Shown: positions 52,281-64,000 of the stretch, piece by piece | Numbering within the stretch: the stretch's first letter is position 1 | Layout: each line of letters starts with the position of its first letter | Assembly (NCBI GenBank): GCA_000442015.1 | Contig: KE560937.1 | Span: 1-64,000, forward strand | Direction of reading: 5' to 3' | Length of the DNA stretch: 64,000 bases | Source: Rozella allomycis CSF55 | Taxonomy: Eukaryota | Notes under the pieces: model-generated | The model's input: the letters and a program-made list of their open reading frames with translations, nothing else | Told to the model about the DNA's origin: nothing | Database searches by the model: none | Position numbers and translations under genes: made by a program

Positions 52281-53248
52281 TTATAAAATTTGATTTAGTA
52301 TTCCCGCCAGTCGCACTCCAGCGAGAATAATGAATCTTTCTATAGCTTCTATATGTCTATCATAATAATCCAAAGAAAGGTCTTCTCCTTGCGTAAAGTT
52401 TAATGTTCCATCAGTACAATGATATTGATTAACCTCATAAGCCCACTTAAAAGGGCATATGTAGTTGTGCGAGAACATGTATCGAAAGTATTGCTTTAAA
52501 TAATCCGTGAAACACGCTAAAAGTGAGGTCTTTGTATCAGTTATTAAAGCATGGACTGCGTTGTCTTCAGGTGCACATGTGGCAGCGTAACTTAATTCAA
52601 TAGCTATTTTTGATTTCAGAACATCGAGGTAGTCTGATTTTCCTATGAGCTTTAATCTTTTGTCTAGTAGCATAGTGTCCCATATTTGATGCATGCTGAA
52701 CTTATTCCCACCAAACGTCCCCTTCACTGAATTTCCTCCTTCACCTAGACCAAGGACTTTATTGAAAAATCTATTTTATATACCGTGAAAAGGTTGATGA
52801 AGATCACCTACTATATGGATAAGCATGAGCAAGGATTCTTGCCGTCTCAATTTTGTCTCCTTGGAATTAGACAAAATATCAGTTGCGTTGATGATTGCTT
52901 TTATGGCACAATTTTGGGTGCAATCAGTAGAAAAATCAACATTGCAATATCTTGGCGGGTCATCATTCGTGTTGATGTAGTGGAGAGGTTGTGACCATTT
53001 GTACGCCTGCTTGGACTTGACTCGATCAGCCCACGTGGCGGCCTTAGATAGAGGTCTTTCATTTACTGGAAGTAAATTCATGACAGTTTCGAGTGTGGAT
53101 GGTAACAACAGTTCCTGCGCTAAAGCACCGACTAATTCATGCCCTTATTTTAAACAAAGAATTATTCATTACCAATAAAACCCCATGCAGTGACACAATA
53201 TATTCTTAAAATTAGAAAAAACACCACCCTTGAAACGTCAATTTTCAT
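52281..53248 (-). CDS. Secreted S1/P1 nuclease
   Basis: Signal peptide, WGFIGH, ATWAD, LHY, HIVGDLHQPFH, MHQIWD, AGVRLA. Confidence 0.94.
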
Positions 53249-53413
53249 TATGCCGATTAAAAATATCACGTGGACTGGTATGCCGGGGTGAAAGGAAACA
53301 ATTTGCTACTTGCATTCAGAAATATCCAAATTCAAGATTAAGATATTCAAATTATAATTCATTTTCAGCGTTTTCGTCTTATCTCCCGTTTGTCATTTCT
53401 GGAATTTTTGAAT

Positions 53414-53713
53414 ATGGAAGACATTTACTATAAAACCTTTAAGGGTGGAATGAGAGCCGTACCATTCATGATTCTTGGCGTTTTCACAGGCACAAAGTTG
53501 TTCACATTAAGGGTAATTCGTTATATATTTTAAGGAGCAGAATGAAGATAAAATAAAGAAATATCAACAAGCCATGGAAAATAGAATGAAAAATAAGGTA
53601 GAGATAGAATCAGAGACGGAAGCAGTATGCACTGAAAATAATACGTCGAATGGAATTGAGCAGCCAGAGCAGGTATGAAATAAATAATCAGTCCGTGGCT
53701 ATTAGGTCATTTG
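53414..53713 (+). CDS. Small hypothetical single-TM protein
   Basis: Continuous frame through two short GT-AG introns; hydrophobic segment VPFMILGVFTG. Confidence 0.45.
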
Positions 53714-53739
53714 AAAAATATAAATAGAATAAACGACGT

Positions 53740-55338
53740 TTATGAAAAAGATTTAGCCTTGTATATCAATAAATACGCTGTGTGCCAGTCACCTCCGCCG
53801 TCAAGTTTGAGAATGTCATCGGATGTTGCTGGGCTCACTTTGTCGTCATCAAACTTCCACCATTTATCTATGAATGTCGAGTTTTTAAAATTACCTGAAG
53901 ATTGGTCCTTAGTCCAACCAATGTAATGTCCAGAATCCGCACTCCTTCCAATGTGGGTTAATACGGCTGTCAATTCATAAAAACCAGTAGTATTGGATCC
54001 AACGTCTATAAAACATAATAATTTTTTTCACGTACCATCAAATTCTGAAAGTTCTAACTTCAAATCAGAAACGTCAGCATTTTTCTAAGTTTAAAAGGCA
54101 AGATACATTTACCCCTCTGAGTTTAACTTCATTTTCATATTTTCTTATAGCTTCACGATTTGGCTCCATTTTCATTTTTAAAGCATCGGTACAATATTCG
54201 TACATATCCAACACGAGTGGAAATTTGACTTTTCTAAGAATTTTTGCCTTTACTCTCTCCGCAGGTTTCCAATAAAATCTAAGCATGTTAAGCGTCAAAT
54301 ATTTTGGCAATCTATTGATTAAAGTCTTTTTAGAATAACTGCATTGCCTTCCAAGGGAGGGCGAGGTTTTCTCGATAACTTCAATCATGGACTGCAACAC
54401 ACATAAATGTCTTAATTACCTCGTTCAACCCATCATTAATGTAGTTAACATTTCCAGAAATGTGGCAATTTAATTTATCTACAACTTCATTAGTTGTTGT
54501 GGGTGCCTCGTCAGCATTTTCCTGATTTGTTAAACTAGTAAAAAATGAAGTAAAAAAATACGTTGAAACTAATTCTAACGACATATGTCTATTCACAAAG
54601 TTGGTTTCTCCACTCTTTAAGTATTCTTTCAAAACATTAACAATGCAACTCCAACACTCTTCTGCATCCTGTTGCATAAACTGACCTCGGCTTTGTTGAG
54701 AAAATTGAGGATTAACAAGTCTTAAGACATTTAAAAATATCAGCGGATTCGAACTTTCAACTGTCTTAGACAAATTATTGAACAAGTCCCTCAAGGAAAC
54801 AGTTAATGTTTTTCTAACATCAGCATCGATTTGGGAATTAAAATTAAAACTATTATATTACATCTTTTAGCAATTACTTTATAAGCGCATTGGATAATTC
54901 AGGAATAGCCTTTAAGCACTGCAACGAAGCATTCATGTAACAGGTGTTGCCTAGGTTGACTAGTCCTCCAGGAATGTTTGTTGCTTCTGCAAGTTGTTCA
55001 TCAGTCATATCTTCCAGAAACACAGGCTTCTGTACTGGCTCTTTTGGTAATTCCTCTGCAGTGCCCATCATCATAAACGTATGTCCCTCCGAAATCCCAA
55101 GTTTTGATAGGTCAGTTTCATCCTATCTTTAATATTTATTTTATTTTACTTTTAATATTCCTCCTTTAACCATAATCTTCTGTCTTTCAGGCAACACCTC
55201 AGTTAGAGAATACAATTGCATTTTGAATGTTAAACCAGTCTCCTTCAGGTCCAAAGGAATATTTTCAAACTTCTTTCCGCTCCATCTAACATTAACAGTT
55301 TGCAAAAGACGATATGCCTTACCGTTCACAACGCTCAT
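53740..55338 (-). CDS. UBP6: Ubp6/USP14 deubiquitinase
   Basis: UBL domain PERQKIMVKGG, GLVNLGNTCYMNA, QQDAEE, SGHY, GGGDWH. Confidence 0.96.
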
Positions 55339-55599
55339 TAAGATTTCTCGAAATTTCCAATTAGTTTTAGGATAACTTTATGTGCGATTGAGATAATATA
55401 TCCGTTTTTTATGGGTGTGCAACGTGCAATTAACAGCATACATTTATAATAGACTAAATAGTGGTTGTATCGATCATAAGTTAAATCGTCAAAGAAAAAC
55501 AAATACTGAAATACAATCAATGGATTTGGTTTATTGTAACAGCGTTACAGCGAAAGGCTGCGGATTTCAATAATCAAAATCGTGGCGAAGTCAGAAAAA

Positions 55600-56194
55600 A
55601 TGAAGAAAGAAAAGAACGACTTAAATCACATTCCATTTGCTTTTCGGAATGCAATGAAGAAGGTAATGGAATTTTTTTCACTTGAAAGATGAACGGTAAA
55701 TCACATCTTTCTTCTAGAACTCAACAAAATGATCAGAAAAATAAGAAAAAGAAGAAAGGACAAGAAGAAAAATTATTAATTAAACCAACAGAAACACTTC
55801 ATCAATTTAACGAACGTGTTGAAATACAGATGCAATCTAAAATAGCCACGGCTGCAAAAAGCTGCCGTAAAATATCCGAGTCAAGAAAAGCATTTTTAAA
55901 GAAAAGATCTATGAAAAAAAGTAAAGAAGAAGTTGAAATCCCCAAGTTCATAAAACTGGAGTCTGAGCTAGAAAGAAAGGGTCAAGTCAAGTTCGGGGAT
56001 GTTGCACAAGAACCACCAACTATAACCATTGTTCCCAAAGAAGTAATAACTTTCAATTATATATAAAGAAATTATCACTAGGCAAACAACGAATTTTAAA
56101 TGAGGAGAGGCAGAGAGTAGTTGATTTGTATAGAAAACAAAAAGCGTTAAAAATTTCGAGGGCGTCTTTAAGACATAATGAAAGAGAAAATTGA
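55600..56194 (+). CDS. CCDC137-like basic protein
   Basis: IPFAFR, VKFGDVAQEPPTI, ERQRVVDLYRKQK. Confidence 0.65.
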
Positions 56195-56809
56195 AAAAAA
56201 GCCCAAATAAACAATTTATCGTCAATAGTTTATTGTTTATCAAAATAATCACTTATAATATGACTGGGAATAACCTGATGGTAGACGCATACATTTGAAG
56301 TTCCCTGTTCAATTCATAATTGATAATTATAATATAAAGGAAAGAAATCGTTCAATCGCATTTTTCTTATTTTTTGAATTCTGCGATAATTTTTGTAACT
56401 TTGTTACTCGCTGTTTGAAATTTCATGAACGTGAAATCATATTCTTTTCAAACAGATGGTATTTCTATGAACGTTACTTTATTTGAAAACAGATTAGTGA
56501 TATACGTTATAGACGATGATGCTAAAGGCATTCAAAGTGTGGTAGCAACATGTGTTTTTTGGATATAGATTAATATTGATGAAGCGAAACAACATCAACT
56601 ATTAGGCAAAAACGATACACATATTTTAGTCGCCGAAGAATTATATAAGTCATTAAAGTCTCTACGTTCTTCGGCCATTTTCTTTATGTCTCTGCAAAAA
56701 TCTGCCAATGTCAGATTATTCCTTGAAAATGTGGAAATTCAATGTAATAACGTACTATTTAATTAATAAATATATTCGGTAAAACTTCTAGTTTATTATT
56801 ATCAAAGAC

Positions 56810-57791
56810 TCATGTATCTACTTCTAGCGCAAACGATATTCTAGGGGAACGATTTTCTGTACTGACTCCGACTTTGTACGTACATGGACCCATTGGTTTT
56901 TGGTATAGTGCACTGAATCCCTTGTTTAAAGTTTCGTAACGTCATACTGATTTTTCCTCAATTTTAAATTGTATCCACTCGGTGTCTTTGAGAGGAGACA
57001 CAAACCTGAATCCTAACGCTAGCATAGAATCAAAACTGAAAAGATTAAACTCAAATCTGCATGATGCCTCCAGTAAACGTGATATATACAAAGTATAGGT
57101 TGATGATATATGGCCCATCACGGGATTTAACGTTATCGTAGTGTCACGTTCTTTGCCTCTAAAATCTCTGGTTGTCCACCTAGTTCCTAGCGATACTAAA
57201 AAGAAGTTTTCACTACGCATTTACGACCGCCCGTCTTTTCAAGAGCCTTAAAATATAACTCGCCGCCAACCGCAAAATCAAATATACTAAATTTTTTGGC
57301 GAACATGTGCCTGAATCCAAACATATAATCTTCTGTGCTGAAACTGATATCACTAGATGCCACGTTTGTGAGATGCTTTATGGTAAGGCCCACCTTTTAT
57401 AAAGGCGACATTCAATTTACAACATTATGATTCAAAAGTTTGTTATTACAAGGACTTTCGAAGGATGTGGTTAATATTAATGAATCACCAAACTTTTTTG
57501 ATAGCAGTCCTTCAACCTGCCCATCTTCATGGCAAGATGCAAAAAATAGCTCTTGGCGTTCTACGTCACGAGTTAATACACATTACCAGCATCCGAAAAT
57601 ATTGTAGAAAAATGAAAATGCGGGCTTCCGACTGATAAATAGTTGACGAATCGCTCGTTTATTTTACACTGGAAATTCACCGCTATAAACTCTTTGGGAA
57701 TTTCAAAATCAATTAAATTTTCGGATCTATCACAAAGCTTGGCAAATGACAATTTCCTATTTGAATAATACTTGTTCAATATTTCATTCAT
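56810..57791 (-). CDS. MDM10: ERMES beta-barrel protein Mdm10
   Basis: LIDFEIP, VGGELYF, TLNPVMGHISSTY, RFEFNLFSFDS. Confidence 0.85.
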
Positions 57792-57813
57792 CCTTGGATG
57801 TGGCAGAGTCGCT

Positions 57814-58294
57814 ATGGTTCAAGAATTTTGTGATTTCGTAGAATGCGCTCGTTTCAATGAACTAGAAGAAATGAAAGCTATGTATGTAAATCCTATTGAA
57901 GCAAAAGATAATCGTGGAAATACCGCACTTCATATGGCCGCGGCTAACGGACACATAGGTAAATCACGAGTACACAAATAAAATAGAAATAATAAAGTAC
58001 CTGCTGGAGCTTAACTCGACAAAACAATTTTTAGATGCCCAAAATGATAACTTAAATACAGCCTTACACTGGGCAACGTTAAATGGTCATGTCGATGTCG
58101 TTTCAAGACTTCTGAAAGCTGGAGCAAGCGTTTTGGTAATAATGTGTAATTTTGTTTAGCAGATAAAAAATGATCAAGAAAAAACGCCTTTTTATGAAGC
58201 TGAAAATCGAGGATTTGCAGAGATCGTTTCATTAATGGAAGAAATGGTCCCAGAAAATGAAGCAGAAGAAGAGCTTCAAAAACTGGGTATATAA
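57814..58294 (+). CDS. Yar1-like ankyrin-repeat protein
   Basis: ECARFNELEE, GNTALHMAAANGH, NTALHWATLNGH. Confidence 0.8.
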
Positions 58295-58397
58295 TGTATT
58301 CAAATACAATTTTCACATTACATAAATAAATCGTAATTTCCAAGTCGTGTTTTGTTTTTGTTATCAAATTCTACCAAAACAAAACAAAATCGCAAAT

Positions 58398-61300
58398 ATG
58401 AATTCAAAGATGAATGAAATCATCTACTTTATTGACAATAGGGGATCAAAATTGGAATTGGATAGAATACAGCGAGTATCAAGGCATTCGTCACAAAGGA
58501 TCTCTAGACATGATAGCTATAAACAGTTGAGGCGTAGAAGCATAAGTTTAGACTCTTACGAAAGAAAGCTTTTATATGATAAAGACAAGCAAAGAATTGA
58601 AGAAATCCGGAACTCAGCTTTGGCGGTAACTAACCCAGGTCCTGCAAGTCTTTGTCATGAACCTCAGCCGAATGCAGATCTGATAAATATGTTAGCTTTG
58701 AATAGTGCGAACAAATACAAACGAAAAAAGAGTTTTTCCCATGGTAGGTCACACAGAAGAAGCCAAAGCGCCTTAACTGGAACCAACAATCCACCTCCCA
58801 CCATATCAAATTATAGTATATTTAAGCCAATCGTGGTTGAAGAAGAAAGCTTAATAGAGCCAATACCCGAAAACCTTGAAAAATCTCATTTAACTCATAG
58901 TTCTACTTTCTCCACTATTGAAATCGTTGACACCGACAAAGAAGATTGTAAAAATTTTAGGAAACTTTCTAAAGTGCATGATACAGATGAATACAAGCAC
59001 AATAATGATTACGAAGGGACAAGTTTGTTGCCGCTCAGATTATTTTCATTGCGTAATGTCATCGCCATATCTAACATAATTATTAATTTTATTGCAATTT
59101 TTGTAATATCTCTGGTTGCATACTTTGCCTCTTTTGAGTCTACTAATTCTGCTGTGTCAATAATGGCACAATTAACAGTAAGAGATATAAAATTGAAGCT
59201 TGAAAATTCTTTGGCGAGTGCAGAACAATATAATATATTCACAGAAGACAACTTTAAGCTTAATTCTATCCCAATGAATGAGACTGATTCAGCATTGCGA
59301 CACTTGCTTTTTACTTTTTCACAGCATAAAGTTTCTGACATTGATCAAATTTACATAGTTTCTCCAGATAATTTATATAACGGAGTAGGTAGAATTAAAT
59401 CAAGAACAACAATTTCTCCGAATTTGGTAATCAAATTTATTAATTCCACGGACAAACCATTTCGCGAGCAATATATCATTAATGAACCATGCGGTGAAGA
59501 AAATTACTATTGCTCCAAAAGGACTCCCAGAACTTTTTTAAGCAATTCATCCTATATTGTTAATTCAAGGCCATACTTCAAAAAAGCAGTTCTTTCGAAA
59601 AAGCCAGGGTGGACGGATATATACTCCTTTGCATCTTTTGGAGTTCTGGGTTTTACTTCTGTTCGTCCAATATACGAAGACTTGGAGAAAAATCGTTTGC
59701 AATTCGTTGCTGCTGTAGACATCACACTATCATCCTTGTCACTATTTTTGCAAAACGTGACTAGATCAATATCTGAAAATCGTCCAAACAATGAGGGTTT
59801 ACTATTATGGATTATTGAACGCAAAACCGGATTTTTAGTTGCTACATCTGAACCCGGGTCAATAAAGTTGTACAATCGTCAGTTATCTGAGACTTCCGAT
59901 GTGATAAGGATCAGGGCTACAGATTCGGAAAATCAAGTTTTGAAGAGTGCGATGGAAAGTGTCTCACTGAATATGAAACAAGAATTTAAGGAACAAGACT
60001 CTATGAATGTGTATAGAAACGGTAGAAATTTAATAGTGGCAAGCAAATATTCTTCATTTTCTGATGATATTGATTGGGTTATAATAATGAATATTCCTAT
60101 CGAAATATTTCAGTACCAACTTAATCGAACTTATTTGACAAATATTCCTTTAGTGACCTCGATTGTGTTTCTTGCTTCCATCATGATGTCTGTTATTGTA
60201 ACAAGGTACATAGGGAAGCCCTTAAAAGCTATTACAGAACAAATGCTTCAAGTAGCGAATCTAGACTTTAATCTTGACTCCGATTCGCCCGAACCAGACG
60301 AAGAAAATCAAATAGATGAAATGCTCAAAATAACCATTGACGGTGTCACCAAGAATTATTCATTTAATGAATTAGAAGAAAAGGGGAAAAAGAAGGAAAA
60401 CTCGCAGGCCAAAGAAAAGCAAAAGAAGTCGCTAAAATTAAAAGAAGTTCGATACCTAGAATCGGCTATGTCGTCAATGACAAGCGCACTGAGGAGCTTT
60501 TCTAGATACGTTCCTGTTGACGTTGTCACTCTCTTGGTTCAGCTCAAACGGGAGGCTGTGCTAGGTGTTGATAACAATGACCTCACAGTAAGAATAATCA
60601 TTAACTTGAATAGATTATGTTTACCGATATCGCCAATTTCACGAGTATTACCGAAAAGATCTCTCCAAACCAATTGGTAGTTTTAATGGGGTAATCAATT
60701 GTATGCAACATCAGTTTAGCGAATACTTTTCTGAAATATCGGGCATAATCTTGGAAAGTCAAGGAATAGTAGACAAATATATCGGTGATGCAGTCATGGC
60801 ATTTTGGAACGCTCCCTTGTCTCTAGAAAACCATCCGGTAATCGCTTGCCACGCTGCCCTTCAATGTCAAAAACGCCTCCATGAACTTCAAAAACGTAAT
60901 TTAGTGTATTAATCAGAATTATAGGCTGGTTGAAACAGGGATTTCCCTTGATCGAAACGAGAATCGGGATAAATACTGGAAACGCTTTGGTGGGTAATTT
61001 TGGGGCACCTAATAGACTGAATTACACATGCATAGGCGATTCAGTAAACTTGGCCTCCAGATTGGAAGGATTAAATAAGCTATACGGAACAAAAATAATT
61101 ATCAGTGAGTTTACCTATGAAAGAGTTAGACCTTATTTTGTGTGCAGACCGCTTGATCGAGTAGCAGTCAAGGGTAAAACAAAAGCTGTCCTCGTGTATG
61201 AATTAATCGACTTTGTAGATAATATTTCAAGCTTCTCTGTAAAGCAATTAGGGATTTACAACTACGGGTTTAAACTATACCAAGATGGAAAATATGATTT

Positions 61301-61439
61301 GGCAAAAGAAGCTTTTGAAAAGTATTTAAAGTCATCAATTGAAGATACGGTTACTAAGCGCCATATTGAAAATTGCCAAAAAATGACCCAATCAATGTCA
61401 CAACCATGGGATAGAATTGTAGTTCTCGATACAAAGTAG
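58398..61439 (+). CDS. Membrane class III adenylate cyclase with a Cache-like sensor domain
   Basis: TM, then RPYF...WTDIY...VAAVDITLSSLS, then TM and a HAMP-like region. Catalytic FTDIANFT, DKYIGDAVM, RLNYTCIGDSVNLASRLE. Confidence 0.92.
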
Positions 61440-61706
61440 TTAAAAGCTAATGGCCATGAAATTGAACATAACTGATTGCAAATTATTTTTTGTAAATAAA
61501 CTTTTTAGATTGTATTTTAAAGTAGTTTCGTGGCTTGAAATGAAATGAAATTTATTTAACGAGGGGATTCCGGTTACATCGATTTTGTAGCTGTAAGCTA
61601 CCATCGTGTAAACAAGACCATGGCAAGGGGTTAAGCTTGTCGTTTCCTTTGGGCCGTCTCGGTCGCGAAAAGAATTTCTTCCAGTCGCATTCGTGGCTAA
61701 GTCGTA

Positions 61707-63098
61707 ATGAAAATCCCTTTCGAAATTCTCTACAAAATAATTCTTTCCACGAAAAGAAAACATCTAAGAAATGTAGCTTTATTAAATAGAACGATATTGG
61801 ATTTAGTCATTAAAAGATTAAATGATATACAATCAATTGTCGATCCTCTCCACTCTTGTAGTATAGTTGAAATAGAGACGCTTTCAAATATAAGAATACA
61901 TGCTTATGGTATTGAATTTAAGGAACTCGGTGATTACTTAATTGAGAGGATCAAAAATCTGAATCCTGGAATATCTGTTTCCATTCTCATGGCATCTCCT
62001 AGCGAAACAAAAGAATATGTAATGTTTTTAAAAAATAACGAACTTTCTCCAAGGATGTCGAAGATAAAATCTCTAGCGTTGGCAAATGTAAAAGAAAATT
62101 TCACGGTGGACAATCTGAATGATTTATTACGCCTTGGACTTGAGGAATTAATTTTATTGGAAAATTATTCAAATATATCAACACTTTTAAATTGTCAAGA
62201 AATTCATCGCCTTAAATCTCTATTTGCTGATGCGGACTCTGTTCTCCACTTAATGCGTCGAGGTCCAACATTGCCAGCAAATTTGAGACGCTTAGGAATT
62301 AAAATAGATACAAACGATACAATTGGTTCAATTAACAATGATACAATTTTTGATTTTTGCCTTTTTCCAAACTTGACATATTTAGATTTCTTTTGTGGCC
62401 ATGCAAGTGTCCTATTTAGTGCGCACAAATTCCCAAATCTTAAAACTTTGATTGTACATAATTCTATAGTGTGTAAACAAATTTTGCAAGATCATTACAA
62501 CATCGAATGTATCAAGCTTTACGATGTTCTTGCAACATTTATATCAGAATTCGTTTTTCCAGATACTCTCTTGGAGCTATCGCTTGTTGACTTTCAGTGT
62601 GCCAAACCAAAAATATTCGTGGACGCTATAATAAAATCAAACATTATATCACTTACAATGAATAATGTTGATGAATATATTCTGAATTATCTTAGTGAAA
62701 AGATAATGCTGAAAAGACTATCAAAACTGCGGCTTCATTTGAATTCTGAACAAGGATCGTTCTTAGTTGAATTTATATTAGATCCAATAATGCTGGAAAA
62801 TTTGGAAGAGTTGGTATTAGATTGTGAATCGATTAACCATTCAGATTTGAGAATCTTGACAGAAAAATTCGAGGGTGCGAAAAAATTAAAGTGCTTGAAA
62901 CTTTTAAGCATCCAATCTGGAATTGGGCGTCGAGGTGTAAATTACTGGAAGAAATGGCCTGTTATCCTTACTGAAACAACAAAAATTGTTTTGGAGGTTC
63001 GAGAAAAGGAAACAAGAAACCTAGCTTTGAGAGTCTTGTGCCCCCAGTATCAATTCAGGAGGGCACCTGGTTCCTATATTTTTGAATATCGTCGTTAA
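61707..63098 (+). CDS. F-box-like/leucine-rich repeat protein
   Basis: N-terminal IPFEILYKII and repeated LxxLxL units; intronless 463 aa. Confidence 0.65.
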   Translation: MKIPFEILYKIILSTKRKHLRNVALLNRTILDLVIKRLNDIQSIVDPLHSCSIVEIETLSNIRIHAYGIEFKELGDYLIERIKNLNPGISVSILMASPSETKEYVMFLKNNELSPRMSKIKSLALANVKENFTVDNLNDLLRLGLEELILLENYSNISTLLNCQEIHRLKSLFADADSVLHLMRRGPTLPANLRRLGIKIDTNDTIGSINNDTIFDFCLFPNLTYLDFFCGHASVLFSAHKFPNLKTLIVHNSIVCKQILQDHYNIECIKLYDVLATFISEFVFPDTLLELSLVDFQCAKPKIFVDAIIKSNIISLTMNNVDEYILNYLSEKIMLKRLSKLRLHLNSEQGSFLVEFILDPIMLENLEELVLDCESINHSDLRILTEKFEGAKKLKCLKLLSIQSGIGRRGVNYWKKWPVILTETTKIVLEVREKETRNLALRVLCPQYQFRRAPGSYIFEYRR

Positions 63099-63191
63099 TC
63101 TGACAGAAAACTTAAAAATGAAAATTGAATGTCCCAATTACTTTGAATTAATAAATCAAAGGAATTTTATATTTTATATTTCAAAAACTTT

Positions 63192-64000
63192 TTATTCATT
63201 GAGTTGACAGAGCAATGCAACGCCCCTGGAGATCCAATATTCCGAAGGCTTGTCAGAATTGAGAAATGCCGCTAGAACATAATTTGTAGATTGACCTGAA
63301 ATAAACATGAAATAATTTCAATACCAGTAGTTGACAAGGTGCCCGCTCTAGCAGATGTCTTGTACAGAGGACATTCATATAATTTTGAGTTTGGCGTGTA
63401 CTGGGGTGTTGGAATAAACTTTATGACGGGCATTGGACAGTACATTTGCATTGGCAGTGAATCTTGCAACAATTTCTTTTCGTTATCCCAACGAGCACCT
63501 TCGAGGTAGAGCCCATGCACAAGAGTTCCATCGTCATCGATATCCAAATCTGAAATTTCGTTTGCATCTTTTGATAGAACGGAAAATGAGAATGATAATT
63601 CGTCAATAGCAATTTTGTTTTTTCTTGCATAATTTTGAAGAATTCCCGTAAGAAAGCCTTTTATTAAGAAATCATGTTATTACCTTGAGGATAAAAGAAG
63701 CCAGAAAGCCAAAATGATTTGGGCTGCCCCTTTTCAATCCAATCAGCCATGAATTGAACTCTTTTCTGTAAATCTTTGAACCAAGATGCCAAAGGCTTTA
63801 ATGACGGGTAAGCAGCGTTTGACCAGATGAGCGGCACTTGATTGTTTAATAGACTGTAAAAGACCAAATCAAGTTCAGACGACATGACCACGAGCCCTTT
63901 GACTGCTTTTATTAAATTCTCCAAAGACGCGACGATAATTTGAAGTAGTTTATTAAAACGATGTGATTCATGAATAAGAACGGTCAATAAACAATTTTCT
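63192..64000 (-). CDS. Axonemal dynein heavy chain, 3' end (inner-arm, DNAH6-like)
   Basis: [60 protein letters not shown]. Confidence 0.95.

Noticed and set aside
56200-56800. Possible small gene between the CCDC137-like gene and MDM10
   Set aside because: Only short AT-rich frames, with no recognisable motif.
61586-61700. SRP RNA (a UGUAA Alu-like hairpin is present)
   Set aside because: No helix-8 SRP54-binding motif (CAGG...GNRA...AGCA) was found downstream.

Overview
Gene-dense, AT-rich eukaryotic DNA with many tiny spliceosomal introns (mostly 25-30 nt). The gene set points to a flagellated early-diverging fungus, Rozella-like by inference: fungal-type MDM10, LRO1, GVP36 and FAR11 occur alongside an axonemal dynein, LRRC23 and a SHIPPO-repeat protein. 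Bases 1-7600 are a fragmented transposon cluster broken by single-n gaps. It holds a degenerate retroelement that joins Ty3/Gypsy gag-PR-RT-RNaseH to a Ty1/Copia-type integrase. Its gag is split at a TTA site by an element with inverted ends, and there are also hAT fragments and a foldback element. Bases 7700-64000 hold about 35 tightly packed genes. Main observations: (1) six to seven introns appear to use a non-canonical TG 3' splice site (GT-TG); (2) the Gypsy/Copia chimeric retroelement; (3) a bacterial-type Cache-domain adenylate cyclase; (4) a class C GPCR; (5) an array of QT (LC8-binding-like) motifs; (6) a structured non-coding island upstream of an F-box/LRR gene. All gene models were traced by eye, so boundaries are approximate.
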